Source: Vicugna vicugna (taxonomy: Eukaryota). From it: a DNA stretch of 64,000 nt. Within the stretch, counting starts at the first letter, position 1; each line of letters begins with the position of its first letter. The notes under the pieces are model-generated. The model made no database searches. It saw nothing but the letters and a program-made list of their open reading frames with translations, and was not told the origin of the DNA. The DNA is taken from positions 62,001 to 126,000 of the forward strand of contig MU057889.1 of NCBI GenBank assembly GCA_013265495.1, written 5' to 3'. This document shows positions 42,391 through 64,000 of this stretch, piece after piece. The position numbers and the translations under genes are program-made.

Positions 42391-42396
42391 TTTAAT
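42391..42396 (-). terminator. STT3A: Candidate STT3A proximal polyadenylation signal ATTAAA
   Basis: tttaat on +, about 215 nt after the stop, followed on the minus strand by T-rich sequence. Confidence 0.55.
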
Positions 42397-42610
42397 TGAC
42401 CAAAGTAAAGCCATGACATTTCATTTGGTAACCTGCTCAGAAATATAAAAATCATTCCATTTGGCCCAGCCCACACTGCCCAGGGCAAAACGTCCAGACA
42501 GTTCTAATTCCATGGTCTTCTGTTCTTATACACTGCATATTTTTAAAATGTCTTCAGCGCCCTAAATGTGACGCGCTCAGTGCGAAGCAGATCAGAGCTG
42601 GTCGTAACAT

Positions 42611-60649
<18,039 letters not shown>

Positions 60650-62299
60650 CTAAAATGGAAAAGTCAAGACCATAAGATATTAAACATCTTCAATTTACCT
60701 AATTCACTTTCATATTTTAGGGTGGTAGAGAACCACAGAGACAGGAGGTAGTGAACACACCAGAAAGGGTCAGGACTAACACTAATTCCCAAGCCCTGAC
60801 TGAATTATGACCAACTGGTAAGGAAGTAGGCATGTCAGGTCTGTGAATTAGGAATGAAAAGGACTGACGAGAGCCCAAAACCGTAATTCTGTTTCCTAGT
60901 TCTCAAAGCTGACAAGTACCTAAGCACAACTGGCAAGTGTGGTACAACAGGAGTAAAAAAACCACGTATAGAGCAAAGGGGGGTTGGAGGATGACATGCA
61001 AAGAAAATAGGAAAGATAGGGAATAGAAAAAATAATTATATGGAGAAAGAGAGCATTCAAGAAAAGGCAGGAATGTATGAAAGAAAGCAGGGACTAAGTA
61101 TAGCAGTGAAAGCGGAAAGCTGAAAAACAGAAGTCATGACTGGATCAGCACAGTTTACAAACCTAAATTTCAGCTTCAATTGATTGGCTACAAACTTCTT
61201 TCTGTTCCAAATTCCCATGGGGTTGCAGGGTCAACTAAAGAGTATGACTGACCCCTAACGCAGTTACAGGCATGCAGTCAAGAAGAGAGGGACTCACACA
61301 TACACAAATCACTGTACTTTCAATCCTTTACATCACACTGTAACTACTGTTTAGAGCTACACCACTTCCAATAAGCTGTTCAAAGCATCTCTGTAATTGA
61401 CACTGCTGATTTAAGCCTCTGGTACCAGACACAGCTCATGGAACCAGATGACAAGCTGGAAGGAAAAGAAAATTTTCCTATCAAAGCAAAAAAACAAAAA
61501 CAAAAACAAAAAAACTCGGGCTGGGGTGGGGGTTGCTAGAGTAAAATAAAATGTTGAGGGAGGTAGTCTGTAGACTATTCAGAATGGTGATCACTTAATG
61601 GACAAGATTTATTAGCACTAATTAGGAGCTTAGCCATTTCCATTTAAGACAGCACTTAAACCGTAAGCTGGTCGAGGGCTAAGTGCTAAAGAATATAATA
61701 ATAAAGAATATGCAACACTGTACAAGACTGCAGGGGGAAAAAAGGAATCTGGATCCCTCCTGATCTTTCCCCCAGCATTACTAGAGGAAAAGAGGAGGGA
61801 AATAACACTGGACTAGGTGGAAGGCATGAGGAATCATACACTCCTAGCTCCAACCGTGAGAAGTCCATCGTCTTTTCCATAATTAACCGTCCCAGAGGGG
61901 CAGCTCTACACTTGTTTTAATTATAATCCCAAAGGAAAACCTTATCTTGCAATAAAAAATAAACACCTAACTCCAGGAAGTCAATAATCCAGCCACATCC
62001 CTCAGGTTTGTACTTGTTTTCTCCAACGCTGAAATGGGAAAACATACCATCACTGAGGTGATAGGCTCCTTCCGCCTCTAAGTGTAAGCGGGGTAAATGA
62101 GTGCTAGAACCTCTACCTGAAAACTGAGTAAAGGAGCTGGTAATTTAGGCCAGGACCTTACGGGAGTTTCCATACTGTAGTGTCTGGCGTTTTCGCACAC
62201 CCCAAAGTAAGTAAAGGCAAAGACACTTTTCTTAGAACACTTGGCATCTGTCCTCCACCTCAACTGTGCCTGCAAGCTGGGGCCTCCCTGTTCCACCCA

Positions 62300-63760
62300 A
62301 TTCCCAAGACGGCAACTTGCCCACCCCGTTCGCCTACGCACTTTCTCACACCTTCCCCGACTTCTGCTCGCTCCTGCAGGTCCCTCCTCCCTGTCTCCCA
62401 CGTTCAAAAAGCTCAACCCCTCTAACACCAGGCACCGCGAGACACCCCACCACCTTGGCATTCGAAGCGCCATCCCCTCCAGGACTAGTCCCAGGATCCT
62501 ATCTTTCCCACGCCCTCCGGGCCTAAGCGCACGCCCCATCCCAGACCCTCACATCCTCCCATTCTAGGATGTCCCCACGCCACGCCCCACGCCCCCTCCT
62601 CTGCAAGGCCCTCGACTCTGTTCTGCACCCAAGCCCCACGCCGTTTGAGCCCCACCACCTGCACTTCGCTCAGCCCCACCAACGCCTGCGACTGCACCTG
62701 CCGCTAATTCTGAAATCATATCCTAAGGCCTTCTCACCTGAGCCGCGTCCCTCAAGAATCCGCTGGGCTCCCTCTACCATCCGTTCAGCGTTCAGCGGCG
62801 CAGCCAACCCTGGCAGCGCCGGGTCTGCCTCCCGGGCCGCTCCCCATTGGCTGGCTCAGGGCCGATCTGATACTTAGTGAGAGCGATAGGATCGCGGAAC
62901 TGTCTGTCAGGCTCGGAGGCGTGGACAAAGCCGCACTCCCGCTTTTTAACTGGACAATATAGATATCACTTAGCAGCGGGGAGGCGGGACTCGGTTCAAC
63001 CGCCGAGCGGTGATAGGCCCGCTCGTGAGAGCGAGAGCGCGGAAAGAACTCGCTCGCAGCAGTTTGGTTGAGGGTCGAGCAGTGACGTGTCCGTCTGAGG
63101 ACCGCGGAGGAGTCGCGGACGGAAGGTGTGTTCTGTTCAGCCCAGTCGTGAACGGAAGCGGAAACTACGCGAAGGAATGGGTCGGAACTACAAATCCCCA
63201 AAAACCAGCCTGTATTCGCTCCCCTCCGTTTCTGAGTTTTGTTTCTTTAACGGTAGAAGTTGGCTATTACCTCATATAAGGTTAAAGGAGAGGTGGGAAG
63301 AATTTTCTTCCTATTCTCAATGAAAACTCAAACGCTTCCCGGTCCAGGCCGTTGCATCCTGTACGGGATCTTGTCTGACAGTTCGCCCAAGAGCCGTCTT
63401 GGACGATGCTCCGGTAAAGTGCAGTGGACGACAGCCCTGACCAGTTTCACGGGCCGTTTTCCTTTCTTAAACCCCTGACCTCGTTAGTGAACATACCTGG
63501 GCTAGACGGATCGTCGGGTTTGGGCTGGAAGAATCCACGCCCCGGGCCGAGAGTCCATCGCTGCCGCGGAGGCGGTCCTCCGCAGCGGTAGACAGGCTTC
63601 TTCCGGGGAACCTGTCAGCTCACCCCTCTCTAAGATACCCGACAGTGAAAGCTGCCCTGACTCGCCGCCTCTCCCTTCCTCTCCTCCCCCGCAAAGAAAA
63701 GCTGCAAGGGCAGGGAAGGGGGCGAAGTTTCAGCAGCCAATCCCGTCACCTCTAGAGCCG
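62300..63760. promoter_or_regulatory. STT3A: STT3A CpG-island promoter with CCAAT (62846-62850, minus), TGACGTG (63083-63089), ETS-type CGGAAG cores and ACTACAAATCCC (63187-63198)
   Basis: High CpG density; motifs read directly from the sequence. Confidence 0.82.
62738..62830 (-). other. STT3A: STT3A non-coding exon 1 (5' end approximate)
   Basis: GCCAGGGTTGGCTGCGCCGCTGAACG...GCGGCTCAG|gtgaga donor inside the CpG island. Confidence 0.72.
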
Positions 63761-64000
63761 CCCTCCCACTCCCTATACACCTTAAAGAGCAAGAGCTACA
63801 CCAAGGAAAATGGGAGCATCGGCAACTCTTCTAACTTAGTCCCAGCGTCACTCATTTCCCTTCGCAGTTACTCTACTGTGAATGCAACCGACAAAACTTA
63901 CTGAAAGCTTATTAAATCAGTGCTTCAAAATCACGTGTACTTCTCAAAATTCTCATGACCGGGTTCACCCCAAGACGTTATGATTCAACAGATCTGCTTT

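Noticed and set aside
62832..62850. ERSE-like CCAAT-N9-CCCGG on the minus strand
   Set aside because: The 3' half deviates from the CCACG consensus; kept only as a CCAAT box.

Overview
Mammalian genomic DNA, very probably a camelid (three Vic-1-type tRNA-derived SINEs), syntenic with the human ACRV1-CHEK1-STT3A locus. Three complete, intact multi-exon genes were reconstructed by hand with GT-AG boundaries and consistent phases: ACRV1/SP-10 (+, 4 coding exons, 6979-11915, 245 aa), CHEK1 (-, 12 coding exons, 36211-18121, 476 aa) and STT3A (-, 17 coding exons, 60610-42611, 705 aa). There are CpG-island promoters for CHEK1 and STT3A, a 605-N assembly gap in CHEK1 intron 1, and many L1, L2, MIR, LTR and DNA-transposon relics. 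The most notable observations are: (1) a 3.1-kb composite [L1 3' part + ~2.2 kb other DNA + second L1 3' end + A-tail] bracketed by a perfect 17-bp target-site duplication just downstream of ACRV1, a candidate L1 3' transduction; (2) an out-of-frame ATG 8 nt upstream of the CHEK1 start, in the frame of the exon-3-skipped Chk1-S isoform; (3) uORFs in the STT3A leader; (4) a ladder of in-frame cryptic splice donors built into the ACRV1 SGE repeats. Repeat family names and comparisons with human or mouse come from recalled knowledge, not database searches.
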